From a virus, in the IMG/VR virus record IMGVR_UViG_3300019360_000002, positions 19,536-83,535 of that record: a stretch of DNA of 64,000 nucleotides. One strand, given 5' to 3'. Position numbers and translations under genes: made by a program. The notes under the pieces were generated by a model. It had not been told where the DNA came from. It did not search any database and worked only from the letters and a program-made list of their open reading frames with translations. Positions 20,973-30,952 of the stretch are shown here, in pieces. Position 1 is the first letter of the stretch, and every line of letters begins with the position of its first letter.

Positions 20973-21935
20973 GCTAAAGGCATGGCCAAGCCGAAACGCA
21001 GGGTGCTATCCATCCACGTCGGTGCGCAGGTAACGCTCGACTTGGTATGGCAAGACGACGTGTGCCTGGTGGTGTTTGCCGAGCGCGGTGCGCTTCAGAG
21101 ACGAACCATCGCGCCACTTCATCCCGATCAAGCCATGGAGGCGGCGCGGTTTTTAGCGCAAGTCAGTCCCCTGCCAACTACCGCTCCACCCCAAGACGAA
21201 GAGGAAGAAACCAAACCATGAGTCCACGAGGCGGGCATCTTCATCAGTGGTCGGCGCCAGGCACCAAAGCCGCCAAGTTCCGTGGCGGCGGCTTCAAGCG
21301 GGTGGCCGGTAACTACCCACCTGTCAGAACGCTGGCCGACATGAGCGAAGATGAGATCCAGGCCATCGAAAAGCGGTACAACATGCCGGTCATCCGGCCA
21401 ACAAGAAGAGTCGCGTTATGAGCACCAAGAAGAAAGCGGCTCGCGACGGGTTCTCTGGAAGCGGTAGGTTTAGGTCCGAGGATCACTACTACTCGGGCAC
21501 CAAACTCGATGAAGTCCTAGAGGACTTCATCGAGTTCACCGTCGATGAGCGCCAAGAGCTGGGCCGTTTCTCCGGCATTCGATCGACACGACGCGGCAAC
21601 ACGCGATAGACTTGCGGCTCGCAAGTGGAGGACAGCTATGGCAACCCTTGGAGAGATCAGGTGGTCGTGCGACGGCTGCAAGTACAAGATCGTCATCATC
21701 GACGCTCGCGGCCGTGAGGTGAAAAAAGTGCCCAGGACGTGCCCGTCCTGCGGTCGACCGACGAAGAAACCTGAGCCGAAATGACCGACCATCGCAAGCT
21801 ACAGCTCTATGCCACAGCCACGCGCCTGTCCAACATCTATGTGGATGCCGATCATGCAGGCAACAAGGCGCTGGCGGATCGCGCGCACCGCATCAAGTGG
21901 AAGATCTGGAATCGTGTGTCTCAGTGGCCTTCTGG

Positions 21936-21977
21936 CAACAAAAAATAATTGACAAGCCTTACGAGTCTCGGTACGCT
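21936..21977 (+). promoter_or_regulatory. Promoter plus operator-like site
   Basis: CAACAAAAAATAATTG overlapping TTGACA-17-TACGCT; GGAGGAC RBS and ATG 22000 downstream. Confidence 0.6.
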
Positions 21978-21999
21978 CCTTTCACACTTGGAGGACCCC

Positions 22000-22320
22000 A
22001 TGCAACTGAACGTGGACGATCAGAAGGTCATCGCCTTCCGCGAGCTGGAGAAGCGTGTCGCCGACATCGAGACGCGCAAGCAAGTGGCCGAGAAGAAGCA
22101 GCGCGAGGCGCACGAGACCTACCAGAACGCCAAGGCGGGCGCCGTGCGCGGCATGAACTCGTGGGACGCGCTCGGGCCGCTGCACGTGGCCGCCATGCAG
22201 GCGACCTACGAGATGGAGAAGCTCCAGGCCGAGGCGTCGACGGCGGCCACCGAGCTGCAAGCCGCCAAGCCGGTCATGGTCGAGGAAGTCCTCCGCGCCG
22301 CGCGCATCACGGTCAAGTAG
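22000..22320 (+). CDS. Coiled-coil hypothetical protein
   Basis: RBS, high GC3. Confidence 0.65.
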   Translation: MQLNVDDQKVIAFRELEKRVADIETRKQVAEKKQREAHETYQNAKAGAVRGMNSWDALGPLHVAAMQATYEMEKLQAEASTAATELQAAKPVMVEEVLRAARITVK

Positions 22321-22832
22321 CCGTGGCCGAGTTCCCTCTCCAGCCCAAGTCGCCGCTCGAACAAGAACTCCAGAAGCTTCTCACCTCACTCCGACGCGAC
22401 TGCGACCTCGACATGGGCCACGAGGTCTCGCGCTATCTGGCAAGCGACACCTGGCGGTCCCCGTTCAAGGACACGCGCGAGTTCCTGGACCGCCTGTACG
22501 TAGCACACACCACCGCTGCTGCCACCATCGACGCCTACTTGGTGAAGCACGCGCTCAGGGAACCGGACGAACCGGCGAAGGAGCCGACCGATGGCTGATC
22601 CAATCTACCAAGCGTGCTGCGTGTGCGGCGAGCAAACCAAGCACAGCTACGACTACCGGCCGCTCTGTCGCGACGCACGCTGCCGCGAGATCGCACTCGG
22701 CAAGGAGCGAGCTGCCGCCGACACGCACAGGTACCTCACCGAGCCGGCGCCTGTCGAACCTGCGACACCGCGCATCCCGTGGACGGGCGCGAACCGAGAC
22801 CCGATCACTGGCGCACCAGGGAGGGGAAAGCA

Positions 22833-23408
22833 ATGAACGCGACCCAGCGGAAGCAAGCCCGCAAGCAGAAGCGCCTCATCAATCTCGGTCGCGATGCGGC
22901 CGTCCACATCGCGGCGGCCGAGGCCGGCGCACAGCACGCCCTCGATCTGCTCGCGAACCGGGACGCGGTGCTGTCCGCGACCCTGGGCAAGGCCAAGACC
23001 CTCGAAGAAGCGGTCATGCTCGCGCGCGTGGAGGCGACCAAGGTCCAGGCCGCTCGCGACGAGGAAACCCGGCAGCACCGAGTGGAGCTGGCGGCCCTGG
23101 AGGACGCGCACAAGCTCACCATGGCCACCACGGTGTTCGAGATGGAACAAAAGCACGAGCGCAAGAGGTTCGAGATAAACGGGCACTGGATCGCGGACCA
23201 ATGCCAATACGAAACAACAATCCAAAACCTCCGGCTGAGAATGGACGAGCTGGAGGAAAAAGCCGAAGAGCCGGCCAAGCTGCGCAGGCGCCTGGCCGAG
23301 AAGCAGAAGCACATCGAAGAGCTTCAGACCGAGGTCTCGCAGCTCAAGTTGCGAGTCGCACCCGAGTCCGTACACGTGCCCTTCATCAACAGGAGGAAGG
23401 CCCAATGA
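22833..23408 (+). CDS. Coiled-coil hypothetical protein
   Basis: ATGA coupling; heptad-rich sequence. Confidence 0.6.
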   Translation: MNATQRKQARKQKRLINLGRDAAVHIAAAEAGAQHALDLLANRDAVLSATLGKAKTLEEAVMLARVEATKVQAARDEETRQHRVELAALEDAHKLTMATTVFEMEQKHERKRFEINGHWIADQCQYETTIQNLRLRMDELEEKAEEPAKLRRRLAEKQKHIEELQTEVSQLKLRVAPESVHVPFINRRKAQ

Positions 23409-23680
23409 ATTTCGGACAAGCGATCGAAGAGGCCAAGGCGGGCAAGCGGATCCAACGCGCTGGCTGGAACGGCAAAAACATGTGGGTGGCGCTGGTGCCA
23501 GGAGCAGACCTCCGAAAACACCAGTGGGTGTACGAGCACTGCGACGGCTTCAACAGCCCGAGTCCCGACACCAAGGTGTTGCCGTTCTTCGTGATGTACA
23601 CGGCCCAGGGCGCGATCCTGCCGGGCTGGTTGGCGTCGCAGACCGACATGACCGCGGAGGATTGGGAGGTGGTGCTGTGA
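23405..23680 (+). CDS. DUF2829 / Tad2-family anti-defence sponge candidate
   Basis: MNFGQAIEEAKAGKRIQRAGWNGKNMWV...PGWLASQTDMTAEDW. Confidence 0.85.
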   Translation: MNFGQAIEEAKAGKRIQRAGWNGKNMWVALVPGADLRKHQWVYEHCDGFNSPSPDTKVLPFFVMYTAQGAILPGWLASQTDMTAEDWEVVL

Positions 23681-24366
23681 ACAAGAACGACGAGAAGCGG
23701 GTGCGCGAGATCGTGCGCGACATCATCACGGAGGAGCTGCCGGAGGCGATCGAGAAGGCACTCAAGGCGTTCAAGAAGGAACAGGCTACCGCGCTCGCGC
23801 GAAGGCCGGCGCCACCATCCGAGAGCGGCTTCACCGACTCCCCGCCCAGGCCGAAGACCCTGCCCATCGACGACATGGTGGACGCGCTCGAAGAGCAGGC
23901 GTTCGCCCCCGTCGCCCAGGAGTACCATAAGCGGCGCGAGGTGGGCATGTCCAAGGCGCTGGCGGAGGTCATGGCCAAGCTGGAGCAGGGCATGGACCTC
24001 ACGCCGATGGGCTTCGGCATGCCGGCCCACAGCTACTTCGGTAGGGACGAGCGCGAGGTGTCACCGACCGGCATGGGCGCCACGAACATCGTCGTGGGCG
24101 GCGTGGCGGGCTTCCGCGAGCACTTCATCCAGCTCGTCAGGGACGGCGCCAACGACCTCCACGCGGCCTACGAGGCGACGTGCCAGAAGTTCGGCGTGCC
24201 GTCACTCAAGAAGGCGGGGCTGTATGTAGGTGTGTTCGCCGAGCTGCCCGACACGGCAGGAGGCGGGTTCGCGCTGGGTCGTGGTCAAGCGGAAGAGAGA
24301 GTGGGCGGAAACAGGCAGCTCGGTCCGTTCGATGACGAGCCGACCGAAGATGAGGACGATCTCTAG
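23677..24366 (+). CDS. Hypothetical protein
   Basis: GGAGG RBS, GTGA coupling. Confidence 0.6.
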   Translation: MNKNDEKRVREIVRDIITEELPEAIEKALKAFKKEQATALARRPAPPSESGFTDSPPRPKTLPIDDMVDALEEQAFAPVAQEYHKRREVGMSKALAEVMAKLEQGMDLTPMGFGMPAHSYFGRDEREVSPTGMGATNIVVGGVAGFREHFIQLVRDGANDLHAAYEATCQKFGVPSLKKAGLYVGVFAELPDTAGGGFALGRGQAEERVGGNRQLGPFDDEPTEDEDDL

Positions 24367-25091
24367 TTCGTGAACACCCCGTCGTATAGCCCACGCAGAC
24401 TCTCGTTCTCCTCCAAGATCTCACGCACCTCTTCCACGTCGTCCGAGAGCGGCTCGCTGGCGTCCTCGGGCGACACCTCGTCCGAGACCTGCGATGACTC
24501 CGACCGCACCTCGTTCGCCTCGTCGCGGTCCTCGCGCTCTTCATCCATGGCGCGCTCGGACTCCAGCTCGCCGGGGCTCACGTAGCGGATGCCATTCGAC
24601 ACGCCGCGCCTGCGGCCGTTCTTGCCGTTCCGATAGCCGCTCAGGCCCGTCTTTCCGCCGGCCACGCTCGGCGCAGTCATCACAGGCTGGCCGTCGATGA
24701 GGCCGACGAGACCAGGCAGGTAGGTCTGGAGGAGCGATTGAAAAAGCGCAATGGCGGAGCCGATGAGGATGGGCTCCTGGTACTTGCGAGCCTTCTCCCA
24801 CTTGTTGGCGGCGTACCAGAGGCCGATGAGGGTCGCCAGGCTGCCGAGGGGGCCGAAGTGCCGGGCGAACCGACCACCGGCAAGGCGCTGGCCGAGGAGC
24901 ACCCGGCCGAACTTGCCGCCCAGGCGGGTGACGGCGTAGCCGCCGATGCCGGGGCCGACCATCATCGCCATGCCCGTGGCCATGTCCATGGCCTGGGACG
25001 CCGGGTTCTTGCGATGCGCAACCGGCTGTCTGCGCGCGTTACGGAACGACGCCAGCTTGCTTCGCGAGGCCGCAGACTTTTTCTTGGACAT
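24363..25091 (-). CDS. Membrane protein with a basic N-terminus (RKNP) and an acidic C-terminus; virion-like
   Basis: GGAG RBS; three hydrophobic segments; MSKKKSAASRSK...RKNP. Confidence 0.65.
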   Translation of the reverse strand: MSKKKSAASRSKLASFRNARRQPVAHRKNPASQAMDMATGMAMMVGPGIGGYAVTRLGGKFGRVLLGQRLAGGRFARHFGPLGSLATLIGLWYAANKWEKARKYQEPILIGSAIALFQSLLQTYLPGLVGLIDGQPVMTAPSVAGGKTGLSGYRNGKNGRRRGVSNGIRYVSPGELESERAMDEEREDRDEANEVRSESSQVSDEVSPEDASEPLSDDVEEVREILEENESLRGLYDGVFTN

Positions 25092-25398
25092 AAGCGGTTC
25101 TCCCCATCGTGGCCCCAGCGCCCGGAGAGACGCACGGGGGATACGGGCTGAGTCTACGCGGGGTTGGGGTCGGAGGTCAACCGCCTTGGCGGTGTCCATT
25201 ACTTGCGACTGGCAAGGCTCTTGGCAAACAGGTCTTGGCACACAACACAGGCGGCCAAGACATCCCCAAAATTAGCGTGGGAGCAGTGATCGCAGAGCCA
25301 CTTGGAGATGATCTTGTAGCCGTCGCCGTAGATGTGATGCTCGGTGGCTTGGCGATCAAAACATCGCTGGCACCTGCGATAGCCCATCCGTGCGGGTG

Positions 25399-26152
25399 CT
25401 AGTTCTCCAGGTGGCGGAGGTAGCTCTCGTAGCCGGGGACCTGGAGAAGCACGTGCAGGGCCAGCATCTCCTCAGCCGCCGGCACGGTGTAGTCGTGCAC
25501 GCAGAGCGGGATGCCCTCGTCGAGGTCGAAGAGGCTCCGGTGGTACTCGGCGAGCGAGTCCTTGGCGTGGCGGCTGGTCACAGCGGTGGCCGGTCGACGC
25601 GCCCTGGGTCACGAAGCGGTTGTGCCGGCGGAAGTCCTCCATCTGCTCGGGGCTCAGGAACGCCTCCAGGACGCCGCGCGCCTTGATCTCCGCCTTCACG
25701 AAGTCGGGCGCGGGGCAACCGCGCGTGGGAGCGGCGACGGCCGTGGCGCCGGTTATCGCCTTGGCGGGGGCGTCCTTGATGCCATCCGGCTCCGGCGGCT
25801 CCTTGGCCTCGCGGACCTCCTCCATCGACCCGTCGGTGAAGCGGACGGCGGTCACGACGGTGCGGCCAGGCTTGAGCAGCTTCACCAGGCTCTTCTGGAG
25901 CTTGATGAGTGGCACGCTCAGGACGTGCTCGCCAGCCTCCATCACGAACGCCTTCTCGCCCTTGGTGCGCGCCGCGTCGAACCAGCCCTTCTTCAAGGCC
26001 ATCTCCGACAGCTTGGCCAGGGCAATCTTCTCGCTCGCGGACAGCTTCTCGGCGATGAGCACGGTCTTGTCGTCGTCGTGCTTGTGCGGCTCCAGCCGGA
26101 TGTCGCCGTAGAACGAGGGCACGTACAGAACAGGAATTCTCAGCATGGTCAT
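25399..26152 (-). pseudogene. Phage protein split by a frameshift near 25582
   Basis: ...FVTQGASTGHR joins naturally to VTSRHAKD...LCVHDYTVPAAEEMLAL in another frame. Confidence 0.55.
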
Positions 26153-26820
26153 CCTCCGCTTCCGATAGTAGCAGGTTCCGTTAAAAGCGGCGGCGAATCC
26201 GGCGCCTTCTCTTCCGATGGCGGGTCGAGGTAGTCGTCGACAGACACGCGCGGGACGAAGACGCTCGTCTGGCCCACGGGCGCGGTGATCGCCTGGGCGG
26301 CCAGCTCCTTGATGCGCGGCGTGAGCTTCTCGGACTCCTCGACGAGGCCCGCGTGCTTGAGCTGGCGGCGCATGTGTATCAGCTCGTCGAGCTGGGCGGC
26401 GACGCTCGGCGGCGGAGGCGTCTTCTCCGTGGTCTTCTGAAGCATCATCATCGACTCACGAAGGATCTGCGCCATGTCGCCCATGCCGCCTTGGAGAACG
26501 CCACCGAGGTTGACGGGTTGGCCGATGTCATCCTCGTCGAGCGCCATCTCCTCGTTGTTGGGGTAGCCGTTCATGTAGGCGCCGCCGATGAGCGGCCTGA
26601 AACCATCGCCGTCGGGCTCGGGCTTGGCGAAGTCCCCCACCCGAGTCGCATACCGCTGCCGGATGGACTTGGTGATGCGCGCGAGCGACTCGATGCGCCC
26701 GTAGCGGGCCACGTCCGACGACGCCAGCTCCACGGCCATGAGCTTGTCGAGGGCGGTGACGACCTCTTGACCGGCGTCGGTGACTTCCTTGGTGATCATC
26801 TGTCCGGGTCTCGGCCTCAT
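26149..26820 (-). CDS. Hypothetical protein
   Basis: ATGA coupling at both ends. Confidence 0.65.
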   Translation of the reverse strand: MRPRPGQMITKEVTDAGQEVVTALDKLMAVELASSDVARYGRIESLARITKSIRQRYATRVGDFAKPEPDGDGFRPLIGGAYMNGYPNNEEMALDEDDIGQPVNLGGVLQGGMGDMAQILRESMMMLQKTTEKTPPPPSVAAQLDELIHMRRQLKHAGLVEESEKLTPRIKELAAQAITAPVGQTSVFVPRVSVDDYLDPPSEEKAPDSPPLLTEPATIGSGG

Positions 26821-27464
26821 GGCTTACCTTTCAGCTTGCGAACCGCAAGCGGTGTCGAATCGAGGATGGTGAGCGTGCCGACGCTACGCGGCTCGTCCGT
26901 CCGCCACACCATCCAAGCATACGCGCAGTTGTCGGTCCTGCCGTTTACGAACTGCGGCCGGTTGGGCAGGACGAAGATGTCGGGGGTGTGCGCCTTGACC
27001 CACTCCACGCGCTCATCGCTCTCCAGAAACCCGACGCGCAGGAGCATGATGACGAACCTCGCCATCTGAAAGCTCCGCTCGATCACCTCCATCGCGATGC
27101 TGTACGGCGGGTTCGAGATGATCACGTCCCACCTGTCACGAGACATGCCGGGGTCGAAGGCGCCGCTAGTCACCTCCAGGAAGTCACCAATCACGATCTC
27201 TGACGGGTCTACGACCTCGGTGAGCGCGGGCAGGGCAAGCACGCGTAGCTCGATGGCCGACCACTCGGGCGCGTCGCAGTCGTTGTCGAGGCACGTGTCG
27301 TTGATGGTCTGGATGATGGCGCCGTCGCCAGCGCACGGCTCTAGCCACTTGCCGCCGAGGGGGATGTCGGCGGGAAGCTTTTCGAGAAAACGCACCACGG
27401 GCCAGGACGGCGTGGGGTAGTTGTCGTCCTTCTCGCGCTCTCCGCCTCGGTTAGTGGCGCTCAC
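26817..27464 (-). CDS. Amino (N6A/N4C) DNA methyltransferase
   Basis: DNYPTP, SAM motif LEPCAGDGAI, catalytic NPPY. Confidence 0.88.
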   Translation of the reverse strand: MSATNRGGEREKDDNYPTPSWPVVRFLEKLPADIPLGGKWLEPCAGDGAIIQTINDTCLDNDCDAPEWSAIELRVLALPALTEVVDPSEIVIGDFLEVTSGAFDPGMSRDRWDVIISNPPYSIAMEVIERSFQMARFVIMLLRVGFLESDERVEWVKAHTPDIFVLPNRPQFVNGRTDNCAYAWMVWRTDEPRSVGTLTILDSTPLAVRKLKGKP

Positions 27465-27694
27465 GCGGATCTCCAATTGGAGATGTCCTTCATGGCGAAC
27501 GTACACGTTGTCTTCTCGTCAACGTCGAAGGCTAGAAGCAACCACTGCTCTTCGGAATAATGCACAGACGTGCCGAAGCCGAGTGTCCCTGGAACCACGT
27601 GCCGCTCGGACACCTCTCCCTTCCAGTTCTTGTACGTGAATCGGACGTGTGTTCCTTCCACCTTCGTCAGGTCCCCTCCAACCAAACGCGGCAT
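27461..27694 (-). CDS. Stand-alone WYL-like domain protein
   Basis: FTYKNWKGEVSERHVVP...QWLLLAFDVD....TFAMKDI. Confidence 0.75.
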   Translation of the reverse strand: MPRLVGGDLTKVEGTHVRFTYKNWKGEVSERHVVPGTLGFGTSVHYSEEQWLLLAFDVDEKTTCTFAMKDISNWRSA

Positions 27695-27696
27695 GT

Positions 27697-28605
27697 TTAC
27701 CCCTTGGCCAGGAGCTTCTTGATCTTGGCCACGAACTCCTCCCCCTCGCGCTTGGTCGGCCAGTCGACCATGAACGGGGTCACAGACGGATCGCCGATCA
27801 GCACGCGCAGCGCCTCCAGCTCGACGGCCGAGAACGTCATGGCGTTGAGCTTGAAGTCCTCGAACGCTTCCCAGGCGAGGGGACAGCGCGCCTTGACGAA
27901 TGAAGCCATCGCCTCGGCGAACACGCGAATCTCGTACTGCGCGTGCTTGTCGAGGCGCAGCCCGAGGAAGTGGAGCAGGTTGTGGAGGTCGATCTTCCAG
28001 TACCAGCGGGTATACGCCGAGAGCGGCAGGTTGATGCGCGCCAGCTCACGCGCGAGGCCGCCGCCCTGGGAGAGTTCGTAGGTGTCGTTCGGGTGCAGGG
28101 CACGCTCGGTCTCCTGCTCATCCGGCTGCGTCTTCGGGACCTGTTGGCCGAGGTATTCGTGGTAGTGAAGGAACGCCGTCTTGGCATCATCGAGCATGGC
28201 CTCGGCGATCTTAATCGCGATCGCTTGCGGGATTGGCTCGGCGCTCCCTTGCTTGTTGGTCTTCGATTGGAAGCCCATCTCCTTCGGCAACGGCGTGTAG
28301 AAGATGTCCGGCAACATCGAGTACCGAGCACTCACCTCGTTCACGCTCGCGGTGCGGTGCCTGATCCACTGCCGAGCCACGAAGATTGGCATCTGGCAGT
28401 GGAACTTGAACTCACACATTTCGAACGGGGTTGTGTGCCGGTTCCGGTAGAGGTACCGGATGAGCGCCCGATCCTTGGCCTCGTCCGGCTCTTGCTTGTC
28501 CCGCTGGTAGCTCACGCGCGCCGCCTGGAGGATGGCCTGGTCGTCGCCCATCACATCGACGAGTTCGACAAAGCCGTGGTCCAGACACTTGATCGGGTCG
28601 CTCAT
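27697..28605 (-). CDS. thyX: FAD-dependent thymidylate synthase
   Basis: AARVSY, HTTPFE, PIFVARQWIRHRTASVNEVSARY, ELARINLP, HAQYEIR. Confidence 0.96.
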   Translation of the reverse strand: MSDPIKCLDHGFVELVDVMGDDQAILQAARVSYQRDKQEPDEAKDRALIRYLYRNRHTTPFEMCEFKFHCQMPIFVARQWIRHRTASVNEVSARYSMLPDIFYTPLPKEMGFQSKTNKQGSAEPIPQAIAIKIAEAMLDDAKTAFLHYHEYLGQQVPKTQPDEQETERALHPNDTYELSQGGGLARELARINLPLSAYTRWYWKIDLHNLLHFLGLRLDKHAQYEIRVFAEAMASFVKARCPLAWEAFEDFKLNAMTFSAVELEALRVLIGDPSVTPFMVDWPTKREGEEFVAKIKKLLAKG

Positions 28606-28645
28606 CGAAGCGCCTTACTGATTTCGTAGCCTGAGTCGTCACTCA

Positions 28646-28951
28646 TCAGTCGTCCTCCCTTACGAGTTTGCCTCTGGGCCGGCGTATACCACTCAGCTCT
28701 TCGAGGCCCTGCGCTACTTTCTCGACATCTTCCGGGGTCGGCGCGGCGCGCAAATTAACGAGTAACTGACGAACCTCGTAGCCCTCGCGGGGCGTCATTC
28801 GTTTGCCATCAAGCAACAGCATCTCAATCCAGAGCTTTGCGTCTTCCTCGTAGGGAAAGATGGCGACGGGGGCGTACGTCGGCGGGTCACCGCAGCCAAC
28901 GACGAACACGGCGAAGTAGAGACTAGCCGGACTCTTGATCGGGTCGCTCAT
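28646..28951 (-). CDS. Hypothetical protein
   Basis: GGAGGAC RBS; its first 18 nt are identical to the thyX start. Confidence 0.6.
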   Translation of the reverse strand: MSDPIKSPASLYFAVFVVGCGDPPTYAPVAIFPYEEDAKLWIEMLLLDGKRMTPREGYEVRQLLVNLRAAPTPEDVEKVAQGLEELSGIRRPRGKLVREDD

Positions 28952-28991
28952 TTTCGTCCTCCCTTGCGAGTCGCAAGTTGTTATTTCGGTG

Positions 28992-29480
28992 TTACCCCGG
29001 GGCGCGCTCGATACGCTCGTCTTCTTCGAGACCCCTAACCACGCCCGACAGGATGAGCGGATCGAAGAGCGGCTCGGGCAACTTGTCGACATCGAACCAG
29101 CGCCACTCCTTGCACTTGTCCGGCTCCATCACCCTCGGTGTGCCGACCCACTCGTCGATGACGAAGAACAGCGTGAGCGACTGCACGCCGCTCTTGAAGA
29201 TGGTGTTGGTGTACGGGATGCGGTACTGCCGAACGGAGTAGACGCCCCGGACCACACCAACCACGAGATCGGTCTCCTCAGCGATCTCGCGCACGACGGC
29301 CTCCTCGGGCGTCTCGCCGTGCTCCATCCAACCACCGGGCAGACTCCAGGTTCCAGGACCGTGCTTGCCGCAGCGCTGACCCATGAGGATCTGGGTCAGA
29401 TCGCGGACACGTCGCGTGATGATGCCGGCGGTGCCGACATGCACGCGAACGCACGGCAGCGGCGAGTGCTCGATGCCCAC
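28992..29480 (-). CDS. Nudix hydrolase (MutT/NUDT15-like)
   Basis: Nudix box GGWMEHGETPEEAVVREIAEETDL; MEPDKCKEWRWF. Confidence 0.92.
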   Translation of the reverse strand: MGIEHSPLPCVRVHVGTAGIITRRVRDLTQILMGQRCGKHGPGTWSLPGGWMEHGETPEEAVVREIAEETDLVVGVVRGVYSVRQYRIPYTNTIFKSGVQSLTLFFVIDEWVGTPRVMEPDKCKEWRWFDVDKLPEPLFDPLILSGVVRGLEEDERIERAPG

Positions 29481-29962
29481 TACCCGTCCGCCCGCACGCT
29501 GTGGAACTCGACCACCTCATCGAGCGTGGTGCAGACCTGGGTCACGGCGTTGTCGTCCTCGGGGCCGTCGCCGTCGTTCTCGGTCAGGTACATCAGCTCG
29601 GCCGTGATCGGCTCGCCGGGCGGCAGGTAGATGGACACCGGCTTGCCCTTGCCGATCGCCCAGCCGGCCTCGATGTGCGCGGATCGGCCAGAAGGCAGGA
29701 TCAGGCAGAACTCGTCGGCCCACTTCATGGCACCGAAGTCGGAGTTGAAACCGGCCTGCGCGAGCGGATGCTGGAGGGCCTTCTTGTACTGCTCGGCCGT
29801 CCAGCTCTGCCAGTTCGGGTCGATCTCCGACCACGCGAACCCCTTGAGGCCGTGCGGCGGGTTTCGGAAATCGTATACCTCCAAGCCTGCCTTGCGCAGT
29901 GCCTCGACGACGCCGGGGTAGTAGGTGTTCTTCCACGACGACGCCACGTAGATCTTGCTCAT
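29480..29962 (-). CDS. Nucleoside 2-deoxyribosyltransferase-like protein
   Basis: KIYVASSW...YDFRNP...DFGAMKWAD...SGRSAHIEAGWAIGKGKPV. Confidence 0.75.
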   Translation of the reverse strand: MSKIYVASSWKNTYYPGVVEALRKAGLEVYDFRNPPHGLKGFAWSEIDPNWQSWTAEQYKKALQHPLAQAGFNSDFGAMKWADEFCLILPSGRSAHIEAGWAIGKGKPVSIYLPPGEPITAELMYLTENDGDGPEDDNAVTQVCTTLDEVVEFHSVRADG

Positions 29963-30602
29963 GAGATGGGGGGGGTCCTTTCTTCTTGTGAATCGCAAGC
30001 ACCTTCTCGGCCATGTGCTTGACGTTTCTCTCGATGGACATTTCGCCATCGATGAGTTCGAGGAAGGGCGATCGCTTCGCCATGCCTCGGTAGCGGGCGC
30101 GCTTGTCGGCGAGGTTCTTCTCGTAGATCTCGTTCTTCGCCTCGCCGTTCTTGCCCGAACGCGCGGCGATGCGCGCCTCGGCGACGTGAATGCCTACGTC
30201 GACGATGAAGCCGATGTCGGGGCGGATGAACTGGTCGAGCTGGATGATCTCGGCCACCGCCTGCTCGTTACGGCTCTCGTCGACGTTGTAGGCGAACGCG
30301 GTGATGGGCGTGTACCGGTCGCAGATCACGATTTGCCCCTTGTCGAGGGCGACACGAAGATCGATCTGCGAGTCGAGCGCGTCGGCGACAAAGAGGTAGA
30401 GCATCGACTCCAGCCGACACAGCTTCGGATCGGTGAACACTTGGCGGATGAGCTGGCCGGGCGCGGTGGTCTTGGTCGGGAAGCGAAAGAGAAAGGGCGA
30501 GTTGACGGCCGTGGCGAGCTTCTCCGCCAAGGTCGACTTGCCACCGCCGTCGATACCGTCGAGAATCACGAGCGTACCGGGGTCGGAGATCACGTTGATC
30601 AT
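29517..30602 (-). CDS. tmk: Thymidylate kinase (real end probably near 29960; C8 run problem)
   Basis: P-loop DGIDGGGKST, FP, LFVAD, ICDRY, PDIGFIVDV. Confidence 0.85.
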   Translation of the reverse strand: MINVISDPGTLVILDGIDGGGKSTLAEKLATAVNSPFLFRFPTKTTAPGQLIRQVFTDPKLCRLESMLYLFVADALDSQIDLRVALDKGQIVICDRYTPITAFAYNVDESRNEQAVAEIIQLDQFIRPDIGFIVDVGIHVAEARIAARSGKNGEAKNEIYEKNLADKRARYRGMAKRSPFLELIDGEMSIERNVKHMAEKVLAIHKKKGPPPSHEQDLRGVVVEEHLLPRRRRGTAQGRLGGIRFPKPAARPQGVRVVGDRPELAELDGRAVQEGPPASARAGRFQLRLRCHEVGRRVLPDPAFWPIRAHRGRLGDRQGQAGVHLPAARRADHGRADVPDRERRRRPRGRQRRDPGLHHAR

Positions 30603-30952
30603 CGCCTCTTCCTTCCGTTGTCGGGCTTGAGCGCTCTAATCTCGAACTTGGATAGCCGCCCGGTGGGTGGTCTCGGGCCAACGAACACCGAGCCTTTGCC
30701 GTCGCAGCCCGTGCACTTTGTCCCGCGACTGTACCCGCGTCCAGCACAACCGTGGCACTTGTGCCAGCCCCGCTTCTTCGCCTTGGGCGGGTCGACTGGC
30801 CTTGCCACCACCCGGCCAGGGTCTACCTTGGGCTTACGCCCACGCCGCTTCTCTGCGATCTCGTGGACGAGATGCACGCCCGCGATGTCGCAGCGATCGT
30901 CTCGACAGATGGCAGCTAGGTCGCTCAAGGAGTCGGGCTTCTTCGTGGTCAC
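30599..30952 (-). CDS. Basic protein with CxxCxGxG zinc-finger repeats
   Basis: CHGCAGRG...CTGCDGKG. Confidence 0.6.
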   Translation of the reverse strand: MTTKKPDSLSDLAAICRDDRCDIAGVHLVHEIAEKRRGRKPKVDPGRVVARPVDPPKAKKRGWHKCHGCAGRGYSRGTKCTGCDGKGSVFVGPRPPTGRLSKFEIRALKPDNGRKRR

